The notes under the pieces: generated by a model
The model's input: only the letters and a program-made list of their open reading frames with translations
Told to the model about the DNA's origin: nothing
The model's database searches: none
Position numbers and translations under genes: made by a program
Shown: positions 1 through 9,785 of the stretch, piece by piece
Position numbering within the stretch: position 1 is the first letter of the stretch
Layout of the letters: each line of letters opens with the position of its first letter
NCBI GenBank assembly: GCA_050740315.1
Contig: JBOIDC010000001.1
Location: forward strand, 62,546-126,545
Direction of reading: 5' to 3'
Length of the DNA: 64,000 nt
Source of the DNA: Gammaproteobacteria bacterium
GTDB taxonomy: Bacteria; Pseudomonadota; Gammaproteobacteria; JACCYU01

Positions 1-2
1 GC

Positions 3-1415
3 GCCAGCATCCAGGCCGAGCAGCAGGTCGCCGAGGCGATGCGCAACACCGCGCAGGCCCGGGAAACGGCCGAACAGCAGCTGGCGCGCGCGCAGCAGGA
101 GATCGCTACGCTGCGAAGCGAACTGGATCGCGCCGCCACTGACGCGCAGCGCAACGCGCAGTTGCTGGCCGAGCGCGACAGCAGCTTGTCGTCAGCCAAG
201 TCCGCGATCAAGCAATTGTCTGCGAACCTGCAGTCATCGTATGACGAGGTCGATGCGCTGGAGGCGCGCATGGAGCGCGCGCGCGCCGCCCGTGCGGAGC
301 TGCAAAGCTCAGTGGCGCAAAAACAGGCCGATCTCGAATCCGCGCAAGCCTCTATCGAAACCTTGTCACAAGATCTGGATTCTTCGCGCGAGCGGGTGAG
401 CGTGCTGGAGCGCGAGGCGCAGCAGGCCGCCACGCAACGTTCGGAATTGCAGGCCGCCTTCGACGCGCAACGCGGCGATCTGGAGATGGCGCGCGCCGAC
501 GCTACGCAACTACAGGAACAACTGGAGTCTTCCCGCCAGCGGGTGGGAACGCTGGAAGAGCAGGTCGAGCAGGCGCGGCTGCGCGGCGGACAACTGCAGG
601 CGGAATACGCGGCGCGCCAGAACGAGTTGCAGGCGGCGCAGCAAAAAATCGCGCAGCTGACACAATCGCTGGATGCCTCCGGCGAGAGGGTGAGCGCCCT
701 GGAGCAGCAGATCGAACAGGTGCGTACCGAGCGCGCCCAGCTGCGGGCATCGCTTGAGGGGGGGCAGACGGATCTGGCGACGGCCGAGGACCGCATAGCT
801 GAGCTGACCCAGGCACTGCAGGCCGCGGCCGAGACAGAGCGCGCCATGCAGAGCCGGATTGAGCGGGCGCGCGGCGAGAGTTCCGAACTGCAGGCGGCCT
901 ACGAGCGTCAGCAGGCGCGTTTGAGCGCCGCGCAACAGCGGGCTGCGGAACTTGACACTGCGCTTGATGCCCAGACGCTGGAACTGCGCGATCTGCGTCA
1001 GGCGCGCAGCCAGGCGCAACAGCAAAGCCAGCAAAGCGAACAGCAGCTGGCGGCGTTGCGCGGCGACTTCGACACCCTCAAGGTCAAGTACAATCGATTG
1101 ATACAGCCTGCGCGCAGCGCTGCAGGCAAACATGTCGTAGAGGTGCGTTACGACAAGGGTCCCGAGGGCCACAAGATCGGCGTGAAAGACGCCGATGAGG
1201 GGGCCTTCAGCGAGGTGAGCCGCGCGCAGCTAACGCGCCGGCTCGACGCGCTCAAGGCGCGCTACAACAACGATTTGTACGTGCGCATCATCATTCCGGA
1301 CAGCAGCGGCCTGTCGTATAACGAAGCGTGGGACTTTACCAACGAAATTCTGAGTAGTTACGATTACTACTACCAGACGCCCGGACGCGAACCCGGCGCG
1401 GAAGCCGTGCAGTAA
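3..1415 (+). CDS. Coiled-coil protein, 5'-partial (frame open to window edge). At least 6 tandem 49-residue repeats followed by a ~115-aa non-coiled C-terminal domain
   Basis: ORF 39..1415, and the same frame is open back to nt 3. Heptad-rich Q/E/A/R/L sequence. Repeats align at a 49-aa period (aa 49-342). The C-terminal part 'KHVVEVRYDKG...LYVRIIIPDSSGLSYNEAWDF' is compositionally different. Confidence 0.6.
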   Translation, partial: ASIQAEQQVAEAMRNTAQARETAEQQLARAQQEIATLRSELDRAATDAQRNAQLLAERDSSLSSAKSAIKQLSANLQSSYDEVDALEARMERARAARAELQSSVAQKQADLESAQASIETLSQDLDSSRERVSVLEREAQQAATQRSELQAAFDAQRGDLEMARADATQLQEQLESSRQRVGTLEEQVEQARLRGGQLQAEYAARQNELQAAQQKIAQLTQSLDASGERVSALEQQIEQVRTERAQLRASLEGGQTDLATAEDRIAELTQALQAAAETERAMQSRIERARGESSELQAAYERQQARLSAAQQRAAELDTALDAQTLELRDLRQARSQAQQQSQQSEQQLAALRGDFDTLKVKYNRLIQPARSAAGKHVVEVRYDKGPEGHKIGVKDADEGAFSEVSRAQLTRRLDALKARYNNDLYVRIIIPDSSGLSYNEAWDFTNEILSSYDYYYQTPGREPGAEAVQ

Positions 1416-1474
1416 CGGCTCGAACTGCGCCCGTCATCAGATCGCGATGATGCCAGCCGCTTGCTGGCGATAGG

Positions 1475-2704
1475 GTGACCGGGCGGCGCTGCGCCGGTCG
1501 TGCTGGTGATCGTGAGTCTTTTACCGTGCAAGCACCACCCTACCCATTGCCGGATCCGGATCCCGACGCGAAGGCGTTGAGCGCGGCGCTCACCGGTAAG
1601 ATCCGGTGCGCCATCGACGACGCCGGCGGCAGCATCGGCTTTGCACAATACATGGCGATGGCGCTGTACGATCCGGAGCTTGGCTATTATCACAATGGCT
1701 CGCGGAAATTCGGCGCCGGCGGTGATTTTGTCACCGCGCCTGAACTCTCCCCCCTGTTCGCCCGAGTGATCGCGCGCCACTGCGCGCGGGTGCTGCGAAC
1801 CCTCGGAAGCGGCGAGATCCTGGAGTTCGGGGCCGGCTCGGGCGCGCTCGCTTTGGGCCTGCTGGCGGAGCTGGATAGACTGAACGCGCTGCCGCAGCGT
1901 TATCTGATCCTCGAGTTGAGCGGCGAGTTACGCCGGCGCCAGCAGGAACTTCTGCGCGAAAGAGCGCCGCGACTGCTTGAGCGGATCGAGTGGTTGCAGG
2001 CCCTGCCGGACGCGGGCTTCGTCGGCGTGGCGCTGGCCAATGAAGTGCTGGACGCGATGCCGGTCACCTGCTTCGCGCTGCGCGGGGACGCGCTTTTCGA
2101 GCGGCGCGTGGGCTGCGACCCGGCCCGCAGTTTGACCTGGCGGGACTGTACCGCCGATCAGCCAGTGCGCGCGTGGGTTGATGGTATCACCGCATCGTTA
2201 GCGCAGCCGCTACCCGATGGTTACCGCAGCGAGTTCAATCCCGCGCTGGATGCGTGGATCCGCGCGCTGGGCGAACGGTTCGAGCGCGGGCTGATCCTGA
2301 TCTGCGACTACGGTTATCCGCGCGGCGAGTATTACCATCCCCAGCGGCGCCAGGGGACCTTGTTGTGTCATTACCGGCACCGCGCGCATGACGATCCGTT
2401 CTTCCATCCGGGCCTGCAGGACATCAGCGCGAGCGTGGATTTCACCGCGGTGGCGGCAGCCGCCGCGACGGCGGGTCTCGATCTGCTCTCATATACGAGC
2501 CAGGCACAGTTTCTGCTCGCCGGCGGGGTGCTGGAGACGCTGGGGAATGCCGTGGATGACACGGAGCGCATGCGGATGGCACAGCAGATCAAACGCCTGA
2601 CGTTGCCCGCTGAGATGGGCGATCGTTTCCAGGTGATGGCGCTGGGGAAAAACTATTTGCCATCAGCGCCGTTCGCGTTGCGCGATTTCCGCGCGCGCCT
2701 GTAA
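1475..2704 (+). CDS. MidA/NDUFAF7-family SAM-dependent methyltransferase (DUF185)
   Basis: Family-typical 'GDFVTAPELSPLFA' and 'EFGAGSGALA' motifs and ~400 aa length. Start uncertain (GTG 1475 or GTG 1526). Confidence 0.8.
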   Translation: MTGRRCAGRAGDRESFTVQAPPYPLPDPDPDAKALSAALTGKIRCAIDDAGGSIGFAQYMAMALYDPELGYYHNGSRKFGAGGDFVTAPELSPLFARVIARHCARVLRTLGSGEILEFGAGSGALALGLLAELDRLNALPQRYLILELSGELRRRQQELLRERAPRLLERIEWLQALPDAGFVGVALANEVLDAMPVTCFALRGDALFERRVGCDPARSLTWRDCTADQPVRAWVDGITASLAQPLPDGYRSEFNPALDAWIRALGERFERGLILICDYGYPRGEYYHPQRRQGTLLCHYRHRAHDDPFFHPGLQDISASVDFTAVAAAAATAGLDLLSYTSQAQFLLAGGVLETLGNAVDDTERMRMAQQIKRLTLPAEMGDRFQVMALGKNYLPSAPFALRDFRARL

Positions 2705-2766
2705 ACAGACGGCGCCAGCGTGCCGGATGTCGAGACTCGCCTGGGCTGCGCGCTGCCTCGCCGTGG

Positions 2767-4044
2767 CTACCGTGGGGCGCTGGGCCTGCTGGCGATGTTT
2801 ACTTGATTGTCTGGCGCGCTGGCAGGACTAGCTCCTGACGCCCGGATCGCCGCGATTCGCTTCTCGCGCAATGCTGTTTTTAGCGCCTCGCCGTTGAGAC
2901 CGGCGCGTGCCAGCGCGCCCGCATCCACGTCTGCGGCCGCCCGCCGCGCCGCGCGCAAGATTCCGGCTTGCGGATAGTCGCGATCCTGCATTCCCTTTCG
3001 TCCGCGCGCATCGGCCTCGCAGGCCAGCAGGAATTGCTCGAAGCGTCGTGGGCGGCGCAAGGCGTCGATACGCTCCAGCAACTTAAGCGTGGTCGCCGCG
3101 CGAAGCTCCTGAGCGCGGTGACAGTGCAGATGATAGCGCGCGACGTGCGCGGCCAGTGCACGAAACGGATTCGGCGCCTTGAGCCGGTCGCACAGTCCGT
3201 CGACCAGTTCGACCCCGCGTTTTTCGTGGCCGTAGTGATGCGGCCATTGTTTGCGCGGGGTCGCGCCCTTGCCGAGATCGTGGGTCAGCGCGGCGAATCG
3301 CACACAAGTGTCCGCCGACAATCGCGCCGCTTCGGTCAAAACCAGCAGCGTGTGGACGCCGGTGTCGATTTCCGGGTGATAACGTGCGGGTTGCGGTACG
3401 CCGAACAGGCGCTCGATCTCGGGAAATATCCGGGCCAGCGCCCCGCATCCGCGCAGCACCTCGAAGAATTCGGCCGGCGTGCGCTCGCTTAAAGAACGGG
3501 CCAGCTCCTGCCACACGCGCTCGGGCACCAGCGCGTCGACTTCGCCGCTCTGGACCATGCTGCGCATGATCGTCATGGTCTCGTCGGCGACGCGAAAGCC
3601 GAGATGTTTGAAACGCGCGGCGAACCGCGCCGTTCTCAATATGCGCACGGGGTCTTCCGCGAAGGCGGGCGATACGTGGCGCAGCAGGCGCTGCTCCAGA
3701 TCGCGGCGGCCGCCGTAAAAGTCCATGACGTTGCCCGCCTGGTCCTCGGCCAGCGCGTTGATGGTCAGGTCGCGGCGCCTTAAGTCTTCTTCCAGCGTGA
3801 CCTGCGGCGCGGCATGCACCTCGAAGCCGCGATAGCCGGCTGCGGTCTTGCGCTCGGTGCGGGCGAGCGCGTATTCCTCTTTCGTGCGCGGATGCAGAAA
3901 TACCGGAAAGTCTTTGCCTACGGGTTTGTAACCTTGCGCCTCCAGGTCTTGCGGACGCGCGCCCACCACCACCCAGTCGCGCTCCTTGACCGGAAGCCCC
4001 AACAGTTTGTCGCGCACCGCGCCGCCGACCAGAAAGATTTTCAT
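2767..4044 (-). CDS. cca: Multifunctional CCA-adding tRNA nucleotidyltransferase with HD domain
   Basis: N-terminus '[29 protein letters not shown]' and HD region 'ALTHDLGK'. Confidence 0.93.
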   Translation of the reverse strand: MKIFLVGGAVRDKLLGLPVKERDWVVVGARPQDLEAQGYKPVGKDFPVFLHPRTKEEYALARTERKTAAGYRGFEVHAAPQVTLEEDLRRRDLTINALAEDQAGNVMDFYGGRRDLEQRLLRHVSPAFAEDPVRILRTARFAARFKHLGFRVADETMTIMRSMVQSGEVDALVPERVWQELARSLSERTPAEFFEVLRGCGALARIFPEIERLFGVPQPARYHPEIDTGVHTLLVLTEAARLSADTCVRFAALTHDLGKGATPRKQWPHHYGHEKRGVELVDGLCDRLKAPNPFRALAAHVARYHLHCHRAQELRAATTLKLLERIDALRRPRRFEQFLLACEADARGRKGMQDRDYPQAGILRAARRAAADVDAGALARAGLNGEALKTALREKRIAAIRASGASPASAPDNQVNIASRPSAPR

Positions 4045-4121
4045 GGCAAGAGCCTAGCGCATAAATGACGACGAATGCGACCCGCGTGCAGCTGACTGGC
4101 GGATCGTCAGCCGCGCGTGCT

Positions 4122-5183
4122 ATGTTTTCGCCGATGCGCAGTCGCCATCTGTGTGCAGGACTGCTGGCGCTACTCCTGCCCGCATGCAGCACCCTGTCGT
4201 ATTACGCGCAGTCCATCGGCGGGCAACTGCGGCTGATGTCCAGCCGGGAACCCATAGCGGCCTTACTGCAAGACGCGAACACGGACGCGGCGCTGAAAAA
4301 ACGCCTGGCGCGGGCCCAGGAGATGCGCGCGTTCGCAAGCGCCGAACTGGGCCTACCCGACAACGACAGTTACCGCAGCTACGTGCAGCTGGATCATCCG
4401 TTTGTCGTCTGGTCGCTGTTCGCCACACCGGAATTCTCGCTGCGACCCCGGCAGTGGTGTTTTCCGATCGCCGGCTGCGTGCCGTATCGCGGTTATTTCA
4501 TCGAGCGGGATGCGCAAACCTTTGCGCGCTTCCTGCGGGCTGAAGGCATGGATATCTACGTCGGCGGCGTCGCGGCGTATTCCACGCTGGGCTGGTTCGA
4601 CGACCCATTGCTGAGCAGCATGCTTTATCGCGGCGAGGCGGAGACCGCCGGGATTATCTTTCATGAATTAACGCACAGCCAAGTTTATGCGCCGGGCGAC
4701 GCGCCGTTCAACGAGGGCCTTGCGACCGCCGTACAAGAGATTGGCGTGCGCCGCTGGCTGGCGACGCACGCAACGCCGGCGGATCTGCAGGCGTATCAAA
4801 CGGCGTGGCGGCGCAAACAGGCTTTTTTCGATCTGGTCGAAGCAACCCGCGCGCGGCTGTCGGCGCTTTACGGAAGCGATGCGGACGCCACGCTGAAGCG
4901 TCGAGCGAAACGCCGCATCATCGCGCGGATGCGAATGGATTACCGGCGCCTGAAGGGGCGCTGGGATGGCTATGACGGCTACGATTACTGGTTCGAGGCG
5001 CCCATTAACAACGCCAAGCTCGCGTCAGTGGCGGTTTATCGTGATCTCGTGCCTGCTTTCAAGCGCCTGCTGGCGCGCTGCGATCACGACTTTGCGCGCT
5101 TCTATCGCGTGGCGGCGACGCTGACCGGGCTGAAACGAAAAGCGCGGCGCACGCGGTTGCGCACGATAGAAACTTGCGCGTAA
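4122..5183 (+). CDS. Predicted zinc aminopeptidase (DUF2265 family), lipoprotein
   Basis: Lipobox-like 'LLALLLPACS' and 'HELTHSQ' metal motif. The start is moved inward from ORF start 4065, which lies only 20 nt from the divergent cca start. Confidence 0.7.
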   Translation: MFSPMRSRHLCAGLLALLLPACSTLSYYAQSIGGQLRLMSSREPIAALLQDANTDAALKKRLARAQEMRAFASAELGLPDNDSYRSYVQLDHPFVVWSLFATPEFSLRPRQWCFPIAGCVPYRGYFIERDAQTFARFLRAEGMDIYVGGVAAYSTLGWFDDPLLSSMLYRGEAETAGIIFHELTHSQVYAPGDAPFNEGLATAVQEIGVRRWLATHATPADLQAYQTAWRRKQAFFDLVEATRARLSALYGSDADATLKRRAKRRIIARMRMDYRRLKGRWDGYDGYDYWFEAPINNAKLASVAVYRDLVPAFKRLLARCDHDFARFYRVAATLTGLKRKARRTRLRTIETCA

Positions 5184-5278
5184 TGGATCACCGCCACGCG
5201 AAAAATCATGGCGTCTGAAGCCACCGCTATCATCACCAGGACATCGCGCCTGCGGCGTGTGCTTGGCCGAAAAACGCG

Positions 5279-6178
5279 CTAACGGCGAGCGAGATAACCG
5301 GGCACGACGGATTCCAGCGAGGTCGGGCAGCGTGCCTCGCCCAGGCAAATGCTGTCGCGGGTGAGCGACCGGTAGTTGTCCAGCGAGAACGGCTTGCCCG
5401 GCACGTATTCCAGCAGCGCCGCCTGCGCCCTGGAAAGCCGCGCCGGCAGGCCGACAACTAACCGCCTGATGCCCATGACTCTGGCGATGTATCGCACCAG
5501 TTCCTCGAGTGTGTAGTCGTGCGGGCCGCACAGCTCGATGCGTTTGCCGTAAGTCGTCTTATCGGACAAGGCGGCCATGAAGGCGTCCGCGACGTCGCCG
5601 ACGTAAACGGGCGCGAAGCGCGCGTGCGGGCAGGCGAGCGGCAGCACCGGTGAGAACCTGAGCAGACCCGCGAAGCGGTTGATGAAGCTGTCGTCGGGCC
5701 CGAAGATGACCGAAGGCCGGAAGCTGGTGACCTTGAGATGCTCGCCGGCGTGCGCGTGGACGTAGTCCTCCGCTTCGCCCTTGCTGCGCAGATAAAAACT
5801 CGGGCCGGCGGCCGCATCGGCGCCCAGCGCGCTCATCTGCAATAGCCGCCGCACGCCGCTTTGCTGGCAGGCCGCGAACACCGCGCGCGCCAGTTCGACG
5901 TGCGCGCGCCGAAAACCCGCGCCGTCGTGCCCGCGCTCGTTCAAGATTCCGACCAGATTGATGACGGTATCGCAGCCCTGAAAATGCTGGTTCAGTGCGG
6001 CCTGGTCGTGCACGTCGGCCTCGATCAGCTTGACCGTGGGCAACACCAGCAACGCGCGATGACGCTCGCGCCGGCGCGTCAATACCTTCACCTGCAACCG
6101 CCGTTCCGCCAGACGGCTTACCAGGTGGCGCCCGACGAAGCCCGTGCCGCCCAGCACGCAGATCGTTTGCTCGCTCAT
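5279..6178 (-). CDS. NAD(P)H-binding NDUFA9-like / NAD-dependent epimerase-dehydratase family protein
   Basis: Rossmann motif 'VLGGTGFVGRHLV' directly after 'MSEQTIC'. The longer ORF start at 6247 looks like an extension. Confidence 0.8.
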   Translation of the reverse strand: MSEQTICVLGGTGFVGRHLVSRLAERRLQVKVLTRRRERHRALLVLPTVKLIEADVHDQAALNQHFQGCDTVINLVGILNERGHDGAGFRRAHVELARAVFAACQQSGVRRLLQMSALGADAAAGPSFYLRSKGEAEDYVHAHAGEHLKVTSFRPSVIFGPDDSFINRFAGLLRFSPVLPLACPHARFAPVYVGDVADAFMAALSDKTTYGKRIELCGPHDYTLEELVRYIARVMGIRRLVVGLPARLSRAQAALLEYVPGKPFSLDNYRSLTRDSICLGEARCPTSLESVVPGYLARR

Positions 6179-6200
6179 CTCGAACCGTAAGTCGGGCGCG

Positions 6201-7478
6201 TCAGGCCGTGCCGCGGGCCGGGCGTCTGCGCCGCCGAGACTTGCCAATGCCCGGCTTGCCCGCGGCCGTACGCGGCTTGCGCTCGATCCGGGCCGGCGGT
6301 CGCGGTACTAGCAGTAATTCCGGATCGACGTCCGCGGCCGGAATCTTGCAGTCGAGAAATTCCTCGATGTCCGGCAGGTGAACGGCGTAGTCCTCGCAGG
6401 CGAAGCTGATGGCGTCGCCCTCGGCGCCGGCGCGCGCGGTGCGCCCGATGCGGTGGACGTAATCTTCGGGGGATTCGGGCAGGTCGTAATTGAAAATGTG
6501 GCTGACGGCCGGAATGTGCAGGCCGCGCGAGGCCACGTCGGTCGCGACCAGCAACGGATACTCGCCCGACAGAAATCCCTGCAGCAGCCGCTGACGCTTG
6601 CGTTGCGGGACGTCGCCGGACAACAGGGCGACCTGATAATCGTTGCCGATGAGGTAGGCCGCGACCCGCTCCGCCACATGCTTGGTGTTGACGAAGATCA
6701 TGCTGCGTTCTGGCTGGAGCCGTCGCAAAAGCCCCAGCAGCAATGGAATCTTGTCGGCATTGGACGGGTAATAGACGAGTTGCCGCACCTTGTCTGCGGT
6801 CACGCTGTCGGACTCGATCTTGATCAACTCCGGGTTGTTCATGTGCTCGTAGGCCAGCTCCATCACGCGATACGAAAGCGTCGCGGAAAACAGCATGGAG
6901 AGGCGCTGTTCCGGTTTGGGCATGCGCCGCAGCAGAAAGCGGATGTCCTTGATGAAGCCCAGATCGAACATGCGGTCGGCCTCGTCCAGCACCACGATCT
7001 CAATGGCGCGCAGGTCGAACACCTTCTGCTTGAAATAATCGATGATGCGCCCCGGCGTGCCGATGAGTATATCGACGCCAGCGGTCAGGCTGTCCCGTTG
7101 TTTTACGTAATCGGTGCCTCCATATATCAAACCGAGCTGGAACCCCGTATGACCGCCCAGGAGCAGCGCGTCTCGATGAATCTGGATGGCGAGCTCGCGC
7201 GTTGGCGCGAGGATCAGTGCGCGCGGTTGCGTTACGGTGCGGGTGGCCGGCGCCGGCTCGCTTAGAAGGTGCGTGTACAACGCCACGAGAAACGCGGCCG
7301 TCTTGCCGGTACCGGTCTGCGCCTGGCCGGCGACATCGCGACCGGCAAGCAGGGTCGGCAAGGCGCGGGCCTGGATGAGGGTGCAGCGTGAGAAACCCGC
7401 GTCGTCCAGCCCTTGCTGGACCAGTGATGGAAGCTCGAACTGCGCGAAGCGGGTATCGGACAGTAGTTGTGCAGTCAT
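6201..7478 (-). CDS. rhlB: DEAD-box ATP-dependent RNA helicase RhlB
   Basis: Motifs '[11 protein letters not shown]', 'VLDEADRMF', 'SAT' and '[10 protein letters not shown]', with a basic C-terminal tail. Adjacent and divergent to trxA, as in enterobacteria. Confidence 0.88.
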   Translation of the reverse strand: MTAQLLSDTRFAQFELPSLVQQGLDDAGFSRCTLIQARALPTLLAGRDVAGQAQTGTGKTAAFLVALYTHLLSEPAPATRTVTQPRALILAPTRELAIQIHRDALLLGGHTGFQLGLIYGGTDYVKQRDSLTAGVDILIGTPGRIIDYFKQKVFDLRAIEIVVLDEADRMFDLGFIKDIRFLLRRMPKPEQRLSMLFSATLSYRVMELAYEHMNNPELIKIESDSVTADKVRQLVYYPSNADKIPLLLGLLRRLQPERSMIFVNTKHVAERVAAYLIGNDYQVALLSGDVPQRKRQRLLQGFLSGEYPLLVATDVASRGLHIPAVSHIFNYDLPESPEDYVHRIGRTARAGAEGDAISFACEDYAVHLPDIEEFLDCKIPAADVDPELLLVPRPPARIERKPRTAAGKPGIGKSRRRRRPARGTA

Positions 7479-7607
7479 CGGTCTAGCATAGCCCAATTTA
7501 CGTCGTGCGGGCCAACCGCAAGCGGACATGGACTTGGTCGCCCCTATGCGGTAATCTTTCCAGAATCCTGTCTACTGCGCGCCACGCTACCGCGAAGAGT
7601 CATAAAT

Positions 7608-7934
7608 GTGAGCGAAAAGATTGCCCATATCACCGACGATAATTTTGACGCCGAGGTGCTGAATGCCGACACGCCGGTGCTGGTGGATTACTGGGCGGAA
7701 TGGTGCGGCCCCTGCAAGATGATCGCGCCCATTCTGGATCAGATCGCCAATGATTATGACGGCAAATTGAAGGTCGCCAAGCTCAACATCGACGACAATC
7801 CGGCGGCGCCGCGCAGGTACGGCATACGCGGCATCCCCACGCTCATGATATTCAAAGATGGCGGCGTGCAGGCCACCAAGGTGGGCGCCGTGTCGAAATC
7901 GCAGCTGACGGCATTTATAGACGATAGTATTTAG
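7608..7934 (+). CDS. trxA: Thioredoxin 1
   Basis: 108 aa with 'WAEWCGPCK' active site. GTG start at 7608 gives the canonical '[12 protein letters not shown]' N-terminus. Confidence 0.93.
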   Translation: MSEKIAHITDDNFDAEVLNADTPVLVDYWAEWCGPCKMIAPILDQIANDYDGKLKVAKLNIDDNPAAPRRYGIRGIPTLMIFKDGGVQATKVGAVSKSQLTAFIDDSI

Positions 7935-8244
7935 GGGATGTTGCCGAGTTGACACGCGCCGAAGAAAAGCTGGACGCGTTGTTACTTTGGTGTTAGCATC
8001 CGGCCAGTTTTAGTTTATTCCTGCCGTTCAGGCATTTCCTCTTTTAAGCAAACGATTCACTGCGGAGACGGCGCCCCATGGGCGTGAAGCGTTGCAATTG
8101 CATCGTTGAAGTTCAAGTTGTTCACCAATAAATAAAACCTTGGCGCCTGCATAAGGCCACATTGCCGGAATCTGTCCCAGCGCTGTCGGCGCAAACGTGC
8201 GCGCTGGCTTGCGCGTTCTATCCATTGACGGTATCAGCAAACTT

Positions 8245-9501
8245 ATGAATCTCACCGAACTCAAGCAGAAACCCGCCGCCGAACTGGTGGACGTCGCCCA
8301 GAGCGTGGGTGTCGACGGCATGGCCCGGTCGCGCAAACAGGACATCATCTTCTCCATCCTTAAGGCGCACGCCAAGAGCGGAGAGGATATCTTCGGCGAC
8401 GGCGTGCTGGAAATTCTGCAGGACGGCTTCGGTTTTTTGCGCTCGGCCGACAGCTCCTACCTGGCCGGGCCCGACGACATTTATGTCTCTCCCAGCCAGA
8501 TACGCCGCTTCAGTCTGCGCACCGGCGACACCGTGTCGGGCAAGATCCGGCCGCCGAAGGACGGCGAGCGTTATTTCGCGCTGCTGAAGGTCGATCAGAT
8601 CAATTTCGAGGCGCCAGAAAACGCGAAATACAAGGTACTGTTCGAGAACCTCACGCCGCTGCACGCCGAGAAGCGCCTCAAGCTGGAGCGCGGCAATGGC
8701 AGCACCGAAGACATCACGGCGCGGGTCATCGACATCGTCGCGCCCATCGGCAAGGGTCAGCGCGGTCTCATCGTCTCCCCGCCCAAGGCCGGCAAGACCA
8801 TCATGCTGCAGAACATCGCGCAGAGCATCGCCGCGAATCATTCCGATTGCTACCTCATCGTGCTCCTGATCGACGAGCGTCCGGAAGAGGTCACCGAGAT
8901 GGAGCGCATGGTCAAGGGCGAGGTCGTATCCAGCACTTTCGACGAGCCCGCCACCCGCCACGTGCAGGTCGCCGAGATGGTGATCGAGAAGGCCAAGCGC
9001 TTAGTCGAGCACAAGCTGGATGTGGTGATCCTGCTGGATTCCATCACGCGCCTGGCGCGCGCCTACAACACGGTGGTGCCGGCTTCGGGCAAGGTGTTGA
9101 CCGGCGGCGTGGACGCCAACGCGCTACAGAAGCCCAAGCGTTTTTTCGGCGCGGCGCGCAACATCGAGGAGGGCGGTTCGCTCACCATCATCGCCACCGC
9201 GCTGATCGACACCGGCTCCAAGATGGACGACGTGATCTTCGAGGAATTCAAGGGCACCGGCAACATGGAGATCCACCTGGATCGCCGCATCTATGAGCGC
9301 CGCATCTTCCCGGCCATCAACATCAACCGCTCCGGCACCCGCCGCGAAGAATTGCTCACCGACCCGGACGAGTTGCAGAAGATGTGGGTGCTGCGCAAAT
9401 TCCTCAATCAGATGGACGAAGTCGAGGCCATGGATTTCATGCTGGGCCGCCTGCAGTCAACCAAGACCAATAACGACTTCTTCGATGCGATGAAGCGCTA
9501 A
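8245..9501 (+). CDS. rho: Transcription termination factor Rho
   Basis: '[15 protein letters not shown]', 'GFGFLR' and Walker A 'PPKAGKT', 418 aa. In the trxA-rho order seen in E. coli. Confidence 0.96.
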   Translation: MNLTELKQKPAAELVDVAQSVGVDGMARSRKQDIIFSILKAHAKSGEDIFGDGVLEILQDGFGFLRSADSSYLAGPDDIYVSPSQIRRFSLRTGDTVSGKIRPPKDGERYFALLKVDQINFEAPENAKYKVLFENLTPLHAEKRLKLERGNGSTEDITARVIDIVAPIGKGQRGLIVSPPKAGKTIMLQNIAQSIAANHSDCYLIVLLIDERPEEVTEMERMVKGEVVSSTFDEPATRHVQVAEMVIEKAKRLVEHKLDVVILLDSITRLARAYNTVVPASGKVLTGGVDANALQKPKRFFGAARNIEEGGSLTIIATALIDTGSKMDDVIFEEFKGTGNMEIHLDRRIYERRIFPAININRSGTRREELLTDPDELQKMWVLRKFLNQMDEVEAMDFMLGRLQSTKTNNDFFDAMKR

Positions 9502-9785
9502 CGGGCGCGGATTCGTCGCGCCTGACGTAACGGCCGACCCCCCGGAAAGTACTCGGGGCGCTCCCCCCGTTGTTTCCCTTGCGTTGCCGCATGCCCGGTT
9601 CTTGACATATCCCCAGGCCCTCGTCATGATCCAAACAAGAACGCTTCGCGTTTGCGAACCATCGGGATAGCCACAGCGCCGCCACGATCATCGGCCGCTG
9701 CGGCGCACGCCAGCCACCAGCCAGCCCCCGTTACGATCCGCATGCTGCCGCGACTGGCGGCAGGGCGCCGTTTTGACTTGGGAAC

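Noticed and set aside
9640-9785. A possible cobalamin or TPP riboswitch ahead of the TonB-dependent receptor.
   Set aside because: There is no B12-box, GCCACTG core or TPP 'CTGAGA' element. The only hit is a one-mismatch heptamer. It is kept as an open question under findings, not as a feature.
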